Translations under genes and position numbers: made by a program
Shown here: in pieces, positions 46,490 through 64,000 of the stretch
Numbering within the stretch: the stretch's first letter is position 1
Layout: each line of letters starts with the position of its first letter
Assembly: GCF_009914755.1 (NCBI RefSeq)
Contig: NC_060936.1
DNA: 64,000 nt
Direction: 5' to 3' (one strand)
From: the human T2T-CHM13v2.0 reference genome, Homo sapiens
The notes under the pieces: generated by a model
Told to the model about the DNA's origin: nothing
The model's database searches: none
The model's input: the letters and a program-made list of their open reading frames with translations, nothing else

Positions 46490-46700
46490 CCAGCATCACA
46501 AACTCAAATGATCTCAGGAGCCAGGAAGGAAGGCCAATGAGTAACGGAGAGGGATCTACCAGTGTTAAGGCTTGTGGCAAATTGGGTTGTAGGCTCTGCT
46601 TGAGGGTGCTCCCCTTCAATTCCATTCAAACATCACAGACTAACAGACTCTCTGTGGGCTAACTTTAGCTGATAGGCTGTGATGTGTAGCCCCTCTGGCA
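46490..46700 (+). mobile_element. hAT-Charlie MITE (MER102-like, short)
   Basis: 'cacaaactcaaatgatctcaggagccagg...tgtggcaaattgg'; resembles the element at 30415. Confidence 0.45.
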
Positions 46701-47882
46701 AATGGGTACTTGGCCAAAAACTTCAATAGCAGCAAACTCAGCCTGAGGGATACATAGGATTAGGAGAAGTTTGTCTTCAGAGCTGCTCATTCCACAAATC
46801 ACCCTTGCTCCCACTCCTACATCTTAGGTGTGCATGCCCTGCGCTTTGCACTCTGACTGCTCACATCTCCCCTTGCACCTGGCCTGACTTTGCTCTTAGA
46901 GGCTATTCCAAACCTAGATCATTCTTTCTCTCCATGGGCAAAATTATGTATCTGAAGGCTCATTCATTCCCTTAGGACAAGGGTAGGAATCTACAGTTTC
47001 CCTGGTATAGCAATATACATTCTAATTTCAGTATCAATAAAGCATGCTGTAGAAATGAATACTTTGTTGGCAATATTTAGAAAAATTATATGGGGACTGT
47101 CTCAGTACTTGAGTATGGTAAACATCAAGTTCTACAATGTATACAGAGATATACCATCACATGATACTCCAGAAATATATATGGTTATTATTTGTCAGTT
47201 AAGAGTAAAATTAAAGACTTTAATCATCTCTGATATCCTAGAAATTAAATGTTCCTGTTAGAGTAAATTGTTCTCTGATAGTGAAATTTTAGGCTGTGAC
47301 AAACTGCTTGAGTATATATTTTTGAGCAGGGAAACTCTTATCACCTCAGGTCACACCTTGGCCTCATTCCCATAAAGATTATAATAATGATGAGTGAAGA
47401 CAGCTAGAAGAGTTTGGAGAAGTAACAACACTGGCCTTCAGAGTGGCTCTCTTGAGCCTGTTCTTGTAAAAACAAACATTTGTCTGAACACCAAACAACA
47501 AATAAATTTAGTAATCTTATTTCTTAGCTCTATTTTTTTCTTATAAAATAGACGTGATTTTCATAAACAGATTTGATTGTAGCCACATTTAGTTTTTTTT
47601 TCTAAAGTTCATTCTGTAAAAGGCCATCTAAAAATGTAAACAGAAATTACATTTAGATATAACTTTTATTTCATGCTTGTAAAATTACTTGTATTTCTAT
47701 AGAAGATCACATAATGGCACATGAAGTAGGCTTTAGGAACCAGGGTTATTGAGCATGTGGACACTGGAAATGGTCTTCCTGAGTTTGAGGCCTTGCATAC
47801 AATATATTGCCCATATTAAATGTTTTTCAAAGGAAAGATAGCAGAAACATCCTCCTGCTTGTTTATAGAATCCACCAAGTCA

Positions 47883-48161
47883 GCCGCTTGCGGTGGCTCA
47901 CACCTGTAATCCCAGCACTTTGGGAGGCCGAGGCAGGCGGATCATGAGGTCAGGAGATCGAGACCATCCTGGCTAACATGATGAAACCCCGTCTCTACTA
48001 AAAATACAAAAAAATTAGCCAGGCGTGGTGGCGGGTGCCTGTAGTCCCAGCTACTCGGGAGGCTGAGGCGGGAGAATGGCATGAACCCAGGAGGCAGAGC
48101 TTGCATGAGCCAAGATCGCACCACTGCACTCCAATCTGGGCGACAGAGTGAGACTCTGTCT

Positions 48162-48200
<39 letters not shown>
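47883..48200 (+). mobile_element. AluY with A38 tail
   Basis: AluY diagnostics 'gagatcgagaccatcctggctaac', 'gaatggcatgaacc', 'gagcttgca'. Perfect 14-bp TSD aatccaccaagtca at 47869-47882 and 48202-48215. Confidence 0.97.
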
Positions 48201-48201
<1 letters not shown>

Positions 48202-49967
48202 AATCCACCAAGTCAACCATTTTGCCTTTTCAGGGCAAGGGTAAATGTGTGACAATGACAATCTTAAATGAGATGACTTTGTTAGAGAGCCTATTCATAG
48301 ACAGTAACTCAGTAAATGATGGCTGTTGTAATCCATCCAGTGATGTCTGATGTTCCTACTAGAAGAAATATAACAATGAACTTTAAAACAATTTTATGAT
48401 ATCTGGCATTTGTGCATAATATAAATATTTCAAAGTGTTTTAATTTATTTGATCATTACTAAAATCCTTGTGAGGGAAACAGAACTGATATTAATATCCT
48501 GATTTTTATGAGAAAAAAATGAATTCAGATGATCCAGTTCAAGGTTCTTTTTGTCTCTGATGAGCTTCCTGTCTCAAACAAGCCATCTCATATTTCTTGG
48601 GGCTATCCACAAAATAAGTGAGTTGGACAGGTGGTAGGTAAGACTCCTACGCCTATGAGTAGTTTATAAATTTGGAGATCAAGTGACTGAAATGATCAAG
48701 ACTTCACAGTGGAGCAAAATGATCAGGCTGCCAGCTCTCCATGATGTGGAACTGAGCCTTGAGACTCACTCCCTCTTGTCAGTGCCCAGGGTGATGGAAC
48801 CCTGAGAGAGCAACTTATGCCAGTCAAAATGCCTGGGAAATGAAGGTGCCTAGGGATTTTATTTACACTGAGAAACAATTGCAGAGGAACCAGAATTCTT
48901 AAAATCCTTTTTATTGTTGCATTTTCACCCTGAAGTCAAGCTGGATGAGATGCCCATCTCTAAACAGAAGTCAGCTTTGTTGAGTCTACAATAAAAGTAA
49001 AAGGAATTGAAATGACCAATGCAACGTCTTTAAGAGAACTGAGGGATTTTCTCACTGTGGATGAATCTATGGAACAAAAATATGTGGAATCCTCTGATGA
49101 AGACTAGCTTCCCTGGGAGAGTGCTGGATGTACAGGACCACACTTACCATGTGTTACTTTTCCTTCTGTGTGATATCTTTATTATCTTTTCCTGAAGTCA
49201 TATGTCTAGGCTGCAATTTTATCATGAGAATATACCAGGGACAATGTCGGGGAGTGGTGGGGGGTGGGTAAGAGAAAATACATGTTTCCACATGGCAGTG
49301 TTTGGGACACTCTAAAAATCAGAGTGTTTGTGAATGTGAGTGTTGTGATAGCAGTATGTGGGTAAGTGTAAACATACAGCATTATAGAATTTGTCAGGAT
49401 GTCATAATGGAGATAGCCACTCTATTCTAAGCTGATGATTTTAGGTTAAAAAGTTTTCCTGCTATGTGCTAAGTGGGTTCTGAGGCTACTAATACCCTAA
49501 TTAGACTGAAAGTGGTATTCAACAGCTTTAAGGAGCAGAACTCAAGCCTTTTAACTGTCCTTTATTAACTAAGATACTTTTCTGGAAGGCAAATTTTCTT
49601 TAAGAACTGAATGATTATTAAAATATCAAGCTAAAATCATAAACAGTACTCTTTGGGCCCATACTTTTACTCTTCAGTAAGAGTCTTATTGACTGATGTT
49701 TAAATATTTTGAACAAAAAAAGTCCCCTGATTTTAATGCCCAAACTTTTCAAACATATCAGAGACAACCAAATAAGTAGAGTGGTGGCATGGGTAAGGAG
49801 ACCACTGGAGTCAGGCACAGGTGGCGACCAAGATATTCAGAGAGAGTCAGGAAACTCACAAAGCTAACAGACTGCACGATGCAGTAAAGAATGATGAATG
49901 ATCTGGAGTTGTACAGAAAGGGCAAGTTATTTTTGGTAACTTCTTTGAGAAACTAGAATAATAATGA

Positions 49968-52140
<2,173 letters not shown>

Positions 52141-52658
52141 GTTTAATTGTATGGCATCTTTATTACTTGATCTTCCCTAATAAATTGGGAGTTATTTTGC
52201 ATTTGGATTAATAACATCTTTTTTAAAAAATAGTCTTCTTTCTAACAGAAGTTGCTGATAATATAGCTAATGTTAAGAACTCAAAGGAAAATCGCTACAT
52301 TATTTAATTCAAAAAAAATTTAGGTGAAATGAATGAGTCAGATCTAGAAGTAGGTGATAAGAGGTGAACATATGGCAAGTGTTGGGTAGCACATTCTGGC
52401 TGATGGAAAAGATGTTTGGGCTCTCAGGAGATAAGAGTAGCAGTTGGGTGTCTCACAAGAAGGGTGGACCATGGTGACATGAAAAGCTATCACCAGGTAG
52501 AAGTGGGCTGGCTGTGAGATCCAAAGTTCAAAGTCAAAACTAGTAAGCAGCCAGCTTTCCAGTCTCAGAGGAACTGACGTGCCAGTTGGCTCAACAAAGC
52601 AGACACTCAGGCAGGGAAGATGAGGTAACTAGAAATGGAATGTAAGTAGGGCTTCGGT

Positions 52659-52770
52659 CAGGCCAGCACATGTGGCTGTGTAGGCTGTGTGATGCACAGC
52701 TCCAGGGAATGCCATTTACTTAAACTGAAGTGTGAAGGGTACCTCCTAAATTTGTCCAAGGCAAGAAGCC
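52659..52770 (+). mobile_element. MER91-like hAT-Tip100 MITE
   Basis: 'caggccagcac...ggctgtgtgatgcacagctccagggaatgccattt' resembles recalled MER91 'tgcacaactccagggggcgccattc'. Confidence 0.5.
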
Positions 52771-52983
52771 CATTACACTTCTAAGATTTACTCCAAAATC
52801 AGAGTAGATCAGCAACAGAATGAAAACCCTGTCAATTATCATCATGGTCATCCCCACTACCAATACCAGAACCATGATAACTGACATAATTACAATTCAA
52901 TGTGCTTTACAGAACACATTTACTGATGCCAGAAAGAATCAAATGAGGTATCCAGGTCAGGTATTACAATTACCATTAACATG

Positions 52984-54747
<1,764 letters not shown>

Positions 54748-54890
54748 CGATATGTAAAACCAACTGATGGCACATTATATTGCAAAGCAAGGTATCCTTT
54801 TGTAGTTACCTCCCTCCTTGTTTATTTTTAATGTTGATAAACAATTTGAAGAATAGAAATTTACAGATCCTATTGTAAAAAAAAAAAAAA

Positions 54891-55010
54891 GAAGAAACAA
54901 AGACTCAGAAATGTTCATTGATTTTTCCCACGATCTCAAAGGCAGTCTATAGTAGAACAAGCACATGAACCCGTCATGTCTACTTCCAAAACCATTCTGT
55001 TACCACTGCC
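54891..55010 (-). mobile_element. MIR second half (first half ~52890-52983)
   Basis: 'aagaaacaaagactcagaaatgttcattgatttttcccacgatctc' continues the MIR core that breaks off at 'ggtattacaattaccattaacatg'. Confidence 0.6.
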
Positions 55011-55269
55011 TCAAGCTGCTCACATTAGGAAGGAGAATTGGTCCCCAACATTAAGATTGGACTGATGTTGGGGCTTGCTGAGCAATGAGCCAAACAGAAC
55101 ATTATGTATATTGTAATTCTATCTTAAGAAATATAGTTTCTTTTTTTCATGCTCAATGGATAAACAATTTCTCCCTGTAAGGGGAGTTCTTGCTGTGTAG
55201 TATTCAGACTCAACTTGTCCACACTGATTGCTATTTTGGCGTAGTGACTGTTTAGACAGAATATGTTAC

Positions 55270-55610
55270 AGAAAAGATTTGGGGCAGCTTGCAAAAACAC
55301 GCATAATACAAAATATAATTGAATAAAAAGTAAGGAAATAAAAAAATTAAATTAGAGGAAAAATGAGTGAAGAAAACATCCAGCCAAGAATGAGGTTAGT
55401 TCACAAAATAAATTAGGCATTCAGTAAAGGTCTCTGTATTTGTTAGACGTAAACCACAATTTTGGCCCTCAGCTTTTTAGCAGTCAAAGGAAATAAAATA
55501 ATCATGATTCTCTGCATTTAAAAGTATAATCACCAGCCAACCAATGGCTTAGGAGAAATACAAGTTTTCTTGGTACTGAGGCCAAAAAGATACATTTTTC
55601 ATTGTTCCAT
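55270..55610 (-). mobile_element. Ancient L4/RTE-type LINE 3' fragment
   Basis: 'gaaaagatttggggcagcttgcaa', 'gaggttagttcacaaaat', 'ccacaattttggccctcagctttttagcag' match recalled L4 sequence. Confidence 0.55.
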
Positions 55611-55624
55611 ATAATGTTAATAAT

Positions 55625-55870
55625 AAGTCAATTTTTATAAGGATCTTAGTATGTGTCAAGAGTGATGCTAAATGCTTTCAATACCTTATGTCATTCAATT
55701 CCCATAATTCCATAGGGTGGGTATTATGAGTATCACTTTTTTTTATAAACAAGGAAACTGAAATACAAGATGCTAACTTAGTCATTGAAGGAAACACAAT
55801 TAATTAGTAAATGCCTAATTTGGGATCCTAACACAGTTCTACTGACTCCATAGTTATTCTTCTACCACAC
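55625..55870 (-). mobile_element. MIR SINE
   Basis: 'tgtgtcaagagtgatgctaaatgcttt...aaggaaactgaaatacaag'. Confidence 0.7.
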
Positions 55871-55874
55871 AGCT

Positions 55875-56183
55875 TCTAATTATACCTTGATTTACTCTCA
55901 AAGTATCTCTGAATATCTAACAGAATCCTTCAATATCCAGTGTAAGGTAGTCCCCACTATTTTCTCCCTGCCACATGGTTTTGTTTTGTTTTTTTCATTG
56001 CACTTAGCACTATCCGAAATTATCATGTTCATTTGTTTACTTGTTTTGTTGTCTTTCTTCGATTAGAATATAAACTACACAGCTGCAATGATCTTGTTTA
56101 TCTTGTTCCCTATTGTATCCCTAGAGTCTGTTGTACTGCTTAGAGTTCAGCAGAAATTAAATAATTTTTTTGAATGAATGAAT
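55875..56183 (+). mobile_element. L2 3' end
   Basis: 'ttagaatataaactac...tgttccctattgtatccctag...ttgaatgaatgaatg'. Confidence 0.75.
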
Positions 56184-58445
56184 GTTTCAAGGAGCAAGAA
56201 TTCAGTGTCCATTCGAAATCTTTACACATCTGAGAAGCCCATTGTCCTTGCTTATTTCTAGTTCCTTACAGATATTACTTACAGATTCTCAAGTCTCCAT
56301 GACTTATTTATGCTCCTCACCAGAATGTATTGTTTCCTTTAACTTGGCTATTTTTAATAATCCAGCTTGGCATAGACTTGATTTTATCAATTTGATTTTT
56401 TATTTTAAAAGTTATACTTAACATATAGATGACATCATCATTTGTAATACATGAAAAAAAATTTTGTAATTCATTTTCCCACACACAATGACTGCTGATT
56501 TTTTAAAGCCTATATCCAAAGAATTTGCTTAGCAGCCCATTCAAGTAGATTTTGCTATACGCTGCCTAAAATTTCCTATTTAAAAACAGACCAGCTTCAA
56601 AAAAAGAAACAGAAATGAACTTGATGGCTCAAGTCACATAGAAACAACATGTACTTGTTCAGGTTAAAAACCGTAATTCTAGTTGCCATGTTCTCAGGCA
56701 GGAAAAATAAACAAATTCTTAAATAATGCAGCTTCACTAGGTCAGCAATAGGAGCATGAAATAATTAAGGGAAACTTAGCAGTAAGACAGATTCCTCACC
56801 CTGGTCATCCTAACACATATTATTCTCAGTATTCTCCAAGTCCTTCAGGCTGTCTTGGAATTTTTATCACCTGGCTATCATTTTCAGAGAGGAGGGCAAA
56901 CATCTCTCACACATACACACACCTCTTCCCACAATTGTAGAAATTGTTTGTGAACATTTGGCCTATCCCCTCAAAAATGGGCCTTTTTATTGGAAGTTAT
57001 TTGCTGCTAACTTATTGTTTCAGTCAAAAGCCTAAACCATGTGAAAATGTAGGCCAAATGGAAAGATATCTAAAGTTGGTAACGTTCTCTTGACTTTGCT
57101 AGACTCAAAGGGTCCAAATATGTCACCTAGTAAGGAAAGAAACAACTTGAGATATGAATATTGGCTGGATTATATTTTCATCCTTCAAAAACAAAATTTA
57201 GAAAACGTCTTAAGTAGAAGATTCTGATCAATCTTCTTTATGAAAGGACAATGATAAATAGCTATGGTGACAACATGCGTGTTTGTATTTCTGAAGTCAT
57301 TCTGACACAATGAATAGATTCAACAGCGAGAAGAAGCAAATATATTTGAAATAGTTCTCTTAAGATAAGCGTAAGGAAAGGATATTTTCTTTTTAATTAA
57401 AGGGTGGAGAGTTGAATATTTCCTATATTTGTTTTCTCTTCTAAAGTATTGAGTGTTTATTGTGACACTATTGTGACACAGCCTTTGCGTTACGCTGTTG
57501 GATTTCTTGTTTAGTTTCATACCGATAACTCTATTACCAATCTTCTTCAACCTGGTTAAAGGTTTTTATTCTGTCATCCTGTGTCTGGACCACTGAATCC
57601 CCTACATCAACATCTTTCTTTCCAAACTCCAAGAAGCAAATTGAAATCTAATCCTGCGCAAGAGAAAGTGAAGAGATCTCCAAATCTAGAAGCTTTGTCA
57701 TTAAATATTTACACTGGCTTAGCCCTGGAGGTATTTCCTTTTGGAACTATTCCTTTACTTGTTATTGCTGATTCCAAGATTCTTTGCACCCCATCACTAG
57801 CTATGATAGATAGGAGGAGTGATGGTCAGAATCTGTATCCTAAGTCACTACCGTGACTGCTGCCCACCCCCTGGCTTCCCAGAGGATATAGAACACCAAG
57901 AACACTCTAGACTAAAACATCACCAGGAGACCCACCCTTATCATACTAAACACTTTGGAGAAAAGTGAAAAACAAGAAATAAGAGTCAAGGAGGCCAGTC
58001 CGGCAAGACGCAAGAGTTTGCCTCTGTGTTTACATTTATTTATAAAAACTTTATTCTCCCATAGTGACTGGGAATATGATGATTGAGTAAGACCCATTTT
58101 TTTTTTAATTTGCCAAAATCTTCATCTGAAACCTATTGCTGGTCTTCCTTGACAGACATTTTCTAATGTTTAGGCTTATATTACTTGTTGCCAACACTGA
58201 TCCAAAGAGGCTTCATATCCTCAAGTGTTTGTAAGCTCCAGATCCTCATCTATTCCGCTACTGGTTTGAGTCCCAGTTATATTAACGAGTTACTTTGATG
58301 TATACTTTGCCTATAAAATAGCAATAACATTTCTCTTCCTATAGTTACTATTTATTGAGTGTTCACTATTCACTAGGTGACATGTAAGAGTATTCAATGT
58401 GTTTTATCATTTAATCTATACACCTCTATGAAGTTGGTAATTTTA

Positions 58446-58756
<311 letters not shown>

Positions 58757-59103
58757 AAAAGATAATGAAACACAGACTTAAGTCACATAAAAATTAGAGG
58801 GGAAACAGCAAGGATTTGAGCCACTGTATTATGCTATGGCTATTTTTGAATTACTTCCAATGTTTTCCCCAGTCTTACCACTTCTCTGGTAAGCCGAATG
58901 ATTACCTAAGTGTGCATAATATCTTAACAATAACAATATCTTCACACAGCTTAAGCTAGGACCTTGGCTTATTTTGATAATTTCTCCACATTCCCCCCTA
59001 GTTCTCTCCTTTAACCTGCAGATAATTTCTTTCTTTTTGGTGCAAGTATTTAAGAACTGTTGTGTGCCAAGGACTATACTAAGTTAAATGAAAAGCTTCG
59101 TGC

Positions 59104-59181
59104 TTTTCATTTTTTGAGTTTTTTTAAATGTCAGTAGAAACCGTGTTACTTTATTAAAATACTGAGTTTTATTTCACATGT
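59104..59181 (-). pseudogene. NPM1: Micro-retrocopy of the extreme 3' UTR of NPM1 mRNA with decayed poly-A
   Basis: The reverse complement of 59131-59181 is ACATGTGAAATAAAACTCAGTATTTTAATAAAGTAACACGGTTTCTACTGA. This matches the recalled NPM1 mRNA end (..AATAAAGTAGCACGGTTTCTATTGA) with 2 mismatches. An A-rich tract follows on the minus strand. Identification is from memory. Confidence 0.8.
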
Positions 59182-60066
59182 CTTAATAATGTCACAGCCA
59201 GATCTGGGGTCTTATACCCTCCCAGGAAAAAAAATGAAAGGATTAGTTAGGAAGCAGACTTTGATTGTCATGAAAATCTAATATTTGGCTGAAATCTTTT
59301 GAGTGGTCAAGATTGCCAGAAGAATTTATACAATGAAGCTCCTACATTTCCATCTGTTCCTTCTCTGTGTTGGTCCTCTTTCCACTTCTGCCACAGTAAT
59401 AGCTTATTCTATTCTATTGTTTCCCTCTGTCTGCATTCTCTCACCCACTCAAACAGTGTTAACAGCCATGCATGGGTCTGTGGATATCTCCCAGGTCTAA
59501 AGCTTTGGCTGTGACCTGTCTGAACTCTAGACTCACATTCCAATTGTAGACTAGCACTGGGAGTTAAGCTTCTTAACTTTGCCCAGGGAGAGAACCTTCT
59601 AGGGACTTTTAGCTTTTGTATTTTTCCTAAAGCAAGAGAAAGAAACACGTTGCTTCTACCACCTGAGTCATAGGGATCACAGTGAGAAACCTAAGCATTT
59701 TGCTAAGTGGTGCCAATCCCATCACTCAGGAGCAGGGCCAAATGCCCCGAAAGCCCAGTATAATCATCCATTAGCAGTGAGATTTTTAACTGAACTATTG
59801 AATAGTAACAAGATAGTAAGCATGATTTACAGGCACTTATGATTACAGATAAATAGACAAAGAAGGAAAGAAAGAAAAGGGAACAAAGTCATTAACAAAA
59901 GGCATACGGGAGAACAGTTCTTAACAACTGGAAAACCAAAGGCAATTTTAGAGAGAACTGAAAGCTCCAAGTAAATATTTGCTCCAGAGAAAAGATACTA
60001 TTTTTGTTTATCTGCAGATCCCCCTTTTTGACATTATTGTGGAAATTTTGGATTAAAAATTTTTTT

Positions 60067-60463
<397 letters not shown>

Positions 60464-60769
60464 TCAGAACATTCTCTTTTTTTGTTCTGTTTACTCCTTT
60501 GGCTATTTTAAATATTTCACTTTACTTAAGATTTAAGGTCTAAGATCTTTGAAACGTACATAATTTGCCCAAATGAAAAAAATTAGATCCTATATTACAA
60601 TTATATGAAGAATTTATAAAGAAAGTAGCTTTCCCTGAGATAAGCTCACCAAATTCTCTCAGTAATATTAATTGGGCAGTTGCTTAGAAAATAATACTAT
60701 ATTAGATATTGTCATCATTTATTTCTCCTTCTCAGGATGAGTGGCCTTAAATCAGTGACTGTATTGGGA

Positions 60770-61395
<626 letters not shown>

Positions 61396-62289
61396 GAATT
61401 AGAACAAAAATATTACTAAGTTATTCCCTGCTCATTCACTGCACCTGGAGAGCAAGGCCTAATGACAATCAATTAAACCAGCTCTCTTAAGACTTGAGTC
61501 ATCCTAATAGTGAATGTGTATGATCCCAAACAAGCAGATGCACTGAGTGGTCCAGGGTTGTAACCTCACACAGACATTGCTGAGGCTTAGCCTCTAGCTT
61601 TTCCAGAGTGCATTCCAGCATCGTCCTTGCTGCTTTAATAGCTAGAAATGGTGAAAAGCAACAGATGGTGACAGTTATGACTGTCAGGATGCCAAGCTCA
61701 AGAACGGAATTTCTACTTCAGGACTATTTTGCAAGGATACAGTAATAGCTGGGGAAATCTGAGCATAAAGCTTTCTGCAATGCTAGTCTGGCGATTATAT
61801 AAGAAGGTGATTATATAAGAAGATCTTATAATTTAATAGGAAGCATTAACATTAAGTTAAGAGCAGAACAAAAGTTCAACCAAACTTCTGGAGTAGATCA
61901 TTGAATTTCTTTTTCTAGGCTTTCTTAAAAATAAAATCTAACTGAAAGCTGTATTTTATTTTTTATTAGTATCTGTGAAATGGCTATTATGGATCCTTTA
62001 AGTCAACTCAAATGATTTTGAATCCTGGGAATAGATTAAGCAATCATCAATATTCATTGACTAGCTATTTTGCATTTGCTATTGAAAGGTTATAGATACA
62101 AAACAAGTATATTTTTAATGGAATTTCTACTCTAGGTGGGGAGAGAAAATGTAAAACGAGATCATATAATGGGTAATTAAGTGTTAAAATTGCATATTCA
62201 ATCATATTTTCTTGATAATGAGATGTACTATTTATTTAATTACAAGCTTTTGAATTGTGTTTCTTTTGGCATCAACTCATTCTTTCATC

Positions 62290-62520
62290 AAATAAATAGT
62301 TATGAGCCCCTATATCATTGTGGTCACTGGAAATACAGCAGGAACAAAATAAAAAAATCTCAACATTGTGGAACATACATTATAACTCGGGAAGAAAGAG
62401 ACATAAAAGATATTAGCTAGAAGTGCTTCATAAGTACTAAGAAGAAAAATAATGTAGGCAGGTGGACATAAATGTCTTTGGAAGCTGTAGTTTTAAACAG
62501 TGTCACCCTGGCTAGGTGTA
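62290..62520 (-). mobile_element. L2 3' end
   Basis: 'tcattctttcatcaaataaatagttatgagcccct...ctggaaatacagcaggaacaaaa'. Confidence 0.65.
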
Positions 62521-62649
62521 AGACAGTGCCCTCCTTCTTTCAGTGATGGCATATGTTCCCAATGTTTATTTTCTTTTTGGTTTTACATTTCTACTTTTGA
62601 AATTTGTTCCTGAAAACTATCCAAGCTGTCTGTTAAAAATTTAAGTAGG

Positions 62650-62942
62650 GGCCAGGCTCAGTGGCTCATGCCTGTAATCCCAGCACTTTGGGAGGCTGAG
62701 GCAGGTAGATCACTTGAGGTCAGGAGTTTGAGACCAGCTGGGCCAACATGGTGAAACCCCGCCTCTACTAAAAATACAAAAAATTTAGCTGGGCGTGGTG
62801 GTCCGTGCCTATAGTCCCAGCTACTTGAGAGGCTGAGGCAGGAGAATTGCTTGAACCCAGGAGGCGAAGGTTGCAGTCAGCCAAGATCGCACCACTGCAC
62901 CGTGGCCTGGGCAACAGAGCGAGACTCTTTCTAAAAAAAAAA
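62650..62942 (+). mobile_element. Alu (AluSx/Sz-like)
   Basis: 'gatcacttgaggtcaggagtttgagacc'; TSD aaaatttaagta / aaaaattaagta. Confidence 0.96.
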
Positions 62943-63290
62943 TTAAGTAATAAGGTGAAGAAAAAAGTAGGAAATTTACTGCAGGTTGAAGTAAAAAAAT
63001 GCAATAAGAAATCTTTCATCATCTCAGTGTCCAAAACAACTGCATTCTGTTATTTGACATTTATTTATTAATTTAAAAATAATTAATGAGCCTTCATTAT
63101 GTGCTAGACACAAGATTTGCAGGAAGTATATTATTCTAGGTAGAACAGCAAGAGTAAAATTCCTGATTCAGGCAGGAATAGGCTCACTGTCCTGAGGAAG
63201 AGAGAAGGCCAGAGCAGTTTGCAGGGAGTCAAAGAGAGGTGGAGTGGTAGGAGATGGACTCAGAGACACAGGGATAGGCCAGGTGGTGTG

Positions 63291-63430
63291 CTATGCTTCC
63301 CAAACCTCTGAAAACCCAAGTATCCTCCAGAATGCTTCCTGAATGCATTGATTCCTAGGATCCATCCTAGAACTATGGAATCAGAATCCTTAGGCAAGAG
63401 TTCTGGGAATCTTGGATCCCAGGTGATGTA
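63291..63430. mobile_element. MER5-like MITE within a reverse L2 relic (~63055-63640)
   Basis: 'gcttcccaaac', 'gattcctagg', 'ggaatcagaatc', 'cccaggtgatg'. Confidence 0.55.
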
Positions 63431-63493
63431 GGATATAGGCCATGGGAAAATGTTTGAATTTTAGTTCAATGGCAATGAGAAGGCAGTCGTGAA

Positions 63494-63546
63494 TGTGTGT
63501 ATGTGTGTGTGTGTCTGTGTGTGTGTGGGTGTGTGTGTGTGGTGTG
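63494..63546 (+). repeat. Interrupted (TG)n microsatellite
   Basis: Directly visible. Confidence 0.93.
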
Positions 63547-64000
63547 ATATGATCTGATTCAAACTTTCTGCAGATCACCATAACAAAAATGGGAAAGAGT
63601 GGATACAGTGACTAGTTAGCAGCATGTTCCAATAATTTATTAGAGAAAGAAAAGCAAAAAATCAGAGATAATAGTTTTGTTGTTGCCACAGGCTTGCTGT
63701 AACAATTATATGAGATAATACTCGCATAGTTCTTAGCATACTATCAATGTTTTATGCTTAGCAAAAAATAATTTACTTATCACTATCATGATATCTTTTG
63801 AAAAAAAGCTATTCAATTGTTCCAGTCTCACATGGTCAATAATATTTTCCCACTCACTTGTGATGCCTCCCTTATCATTCTTTAATTTCTCATATGGACT
63901 CAGATTGCTCTATGATTTCTACTTTTCCATTTGTAAATTTGCATGCATGTACTTTCAGTAGTTGTTGTTTAACCAACTTTCTTGTGTTGCAACTTTTAAA

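Overview
AT-rich, repeat-dense primate genomic DNA, probably human or another ape (AluY and L1PA3/4-type elements are present). It looks intronic or intergenic. I found no recognisable host protein-coding exon, CpG island, tRNA/rRNA or CRISPR-like array. The ORFs over 150 aa are all L1 ORF2 fragments or Alu read-through; the rest look like short repeat-derived or chance ORFs. The window holds 12 Alu loci, 3 young 5'-truncated L1PA copies, about 11 solo LTRs (MaLR/ERVL; several with intact 5-bp TSDs), old DNA transposons (Tigger13a-, MER5-, MER91-, MER102-like) and many MIR/L2 relics. I found no evidence for a new multi-gene system. The notable signals are genome-dynamics scars. (1) Two L1 copies 10,078 bp apart share perfectly identical tracts carrying the same non-consensus variants, including the same premature stop, which suggests non-allelic gene conversion. 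(2) A 48-bp inverted templated insertion, copied from about 1 kb away, sits inside an MSTB LTR. (3) There is a ~51-bp retrocopy of the extreme 3' end of NPM1 mRNA. (4) One L1 has a probable 3' transduction. (5) One Alu is trimeric under a single TSD pair. Repeat subfamily names come from recalled consensus sequences, not a database run, and boundaries of old repeats are approximate.
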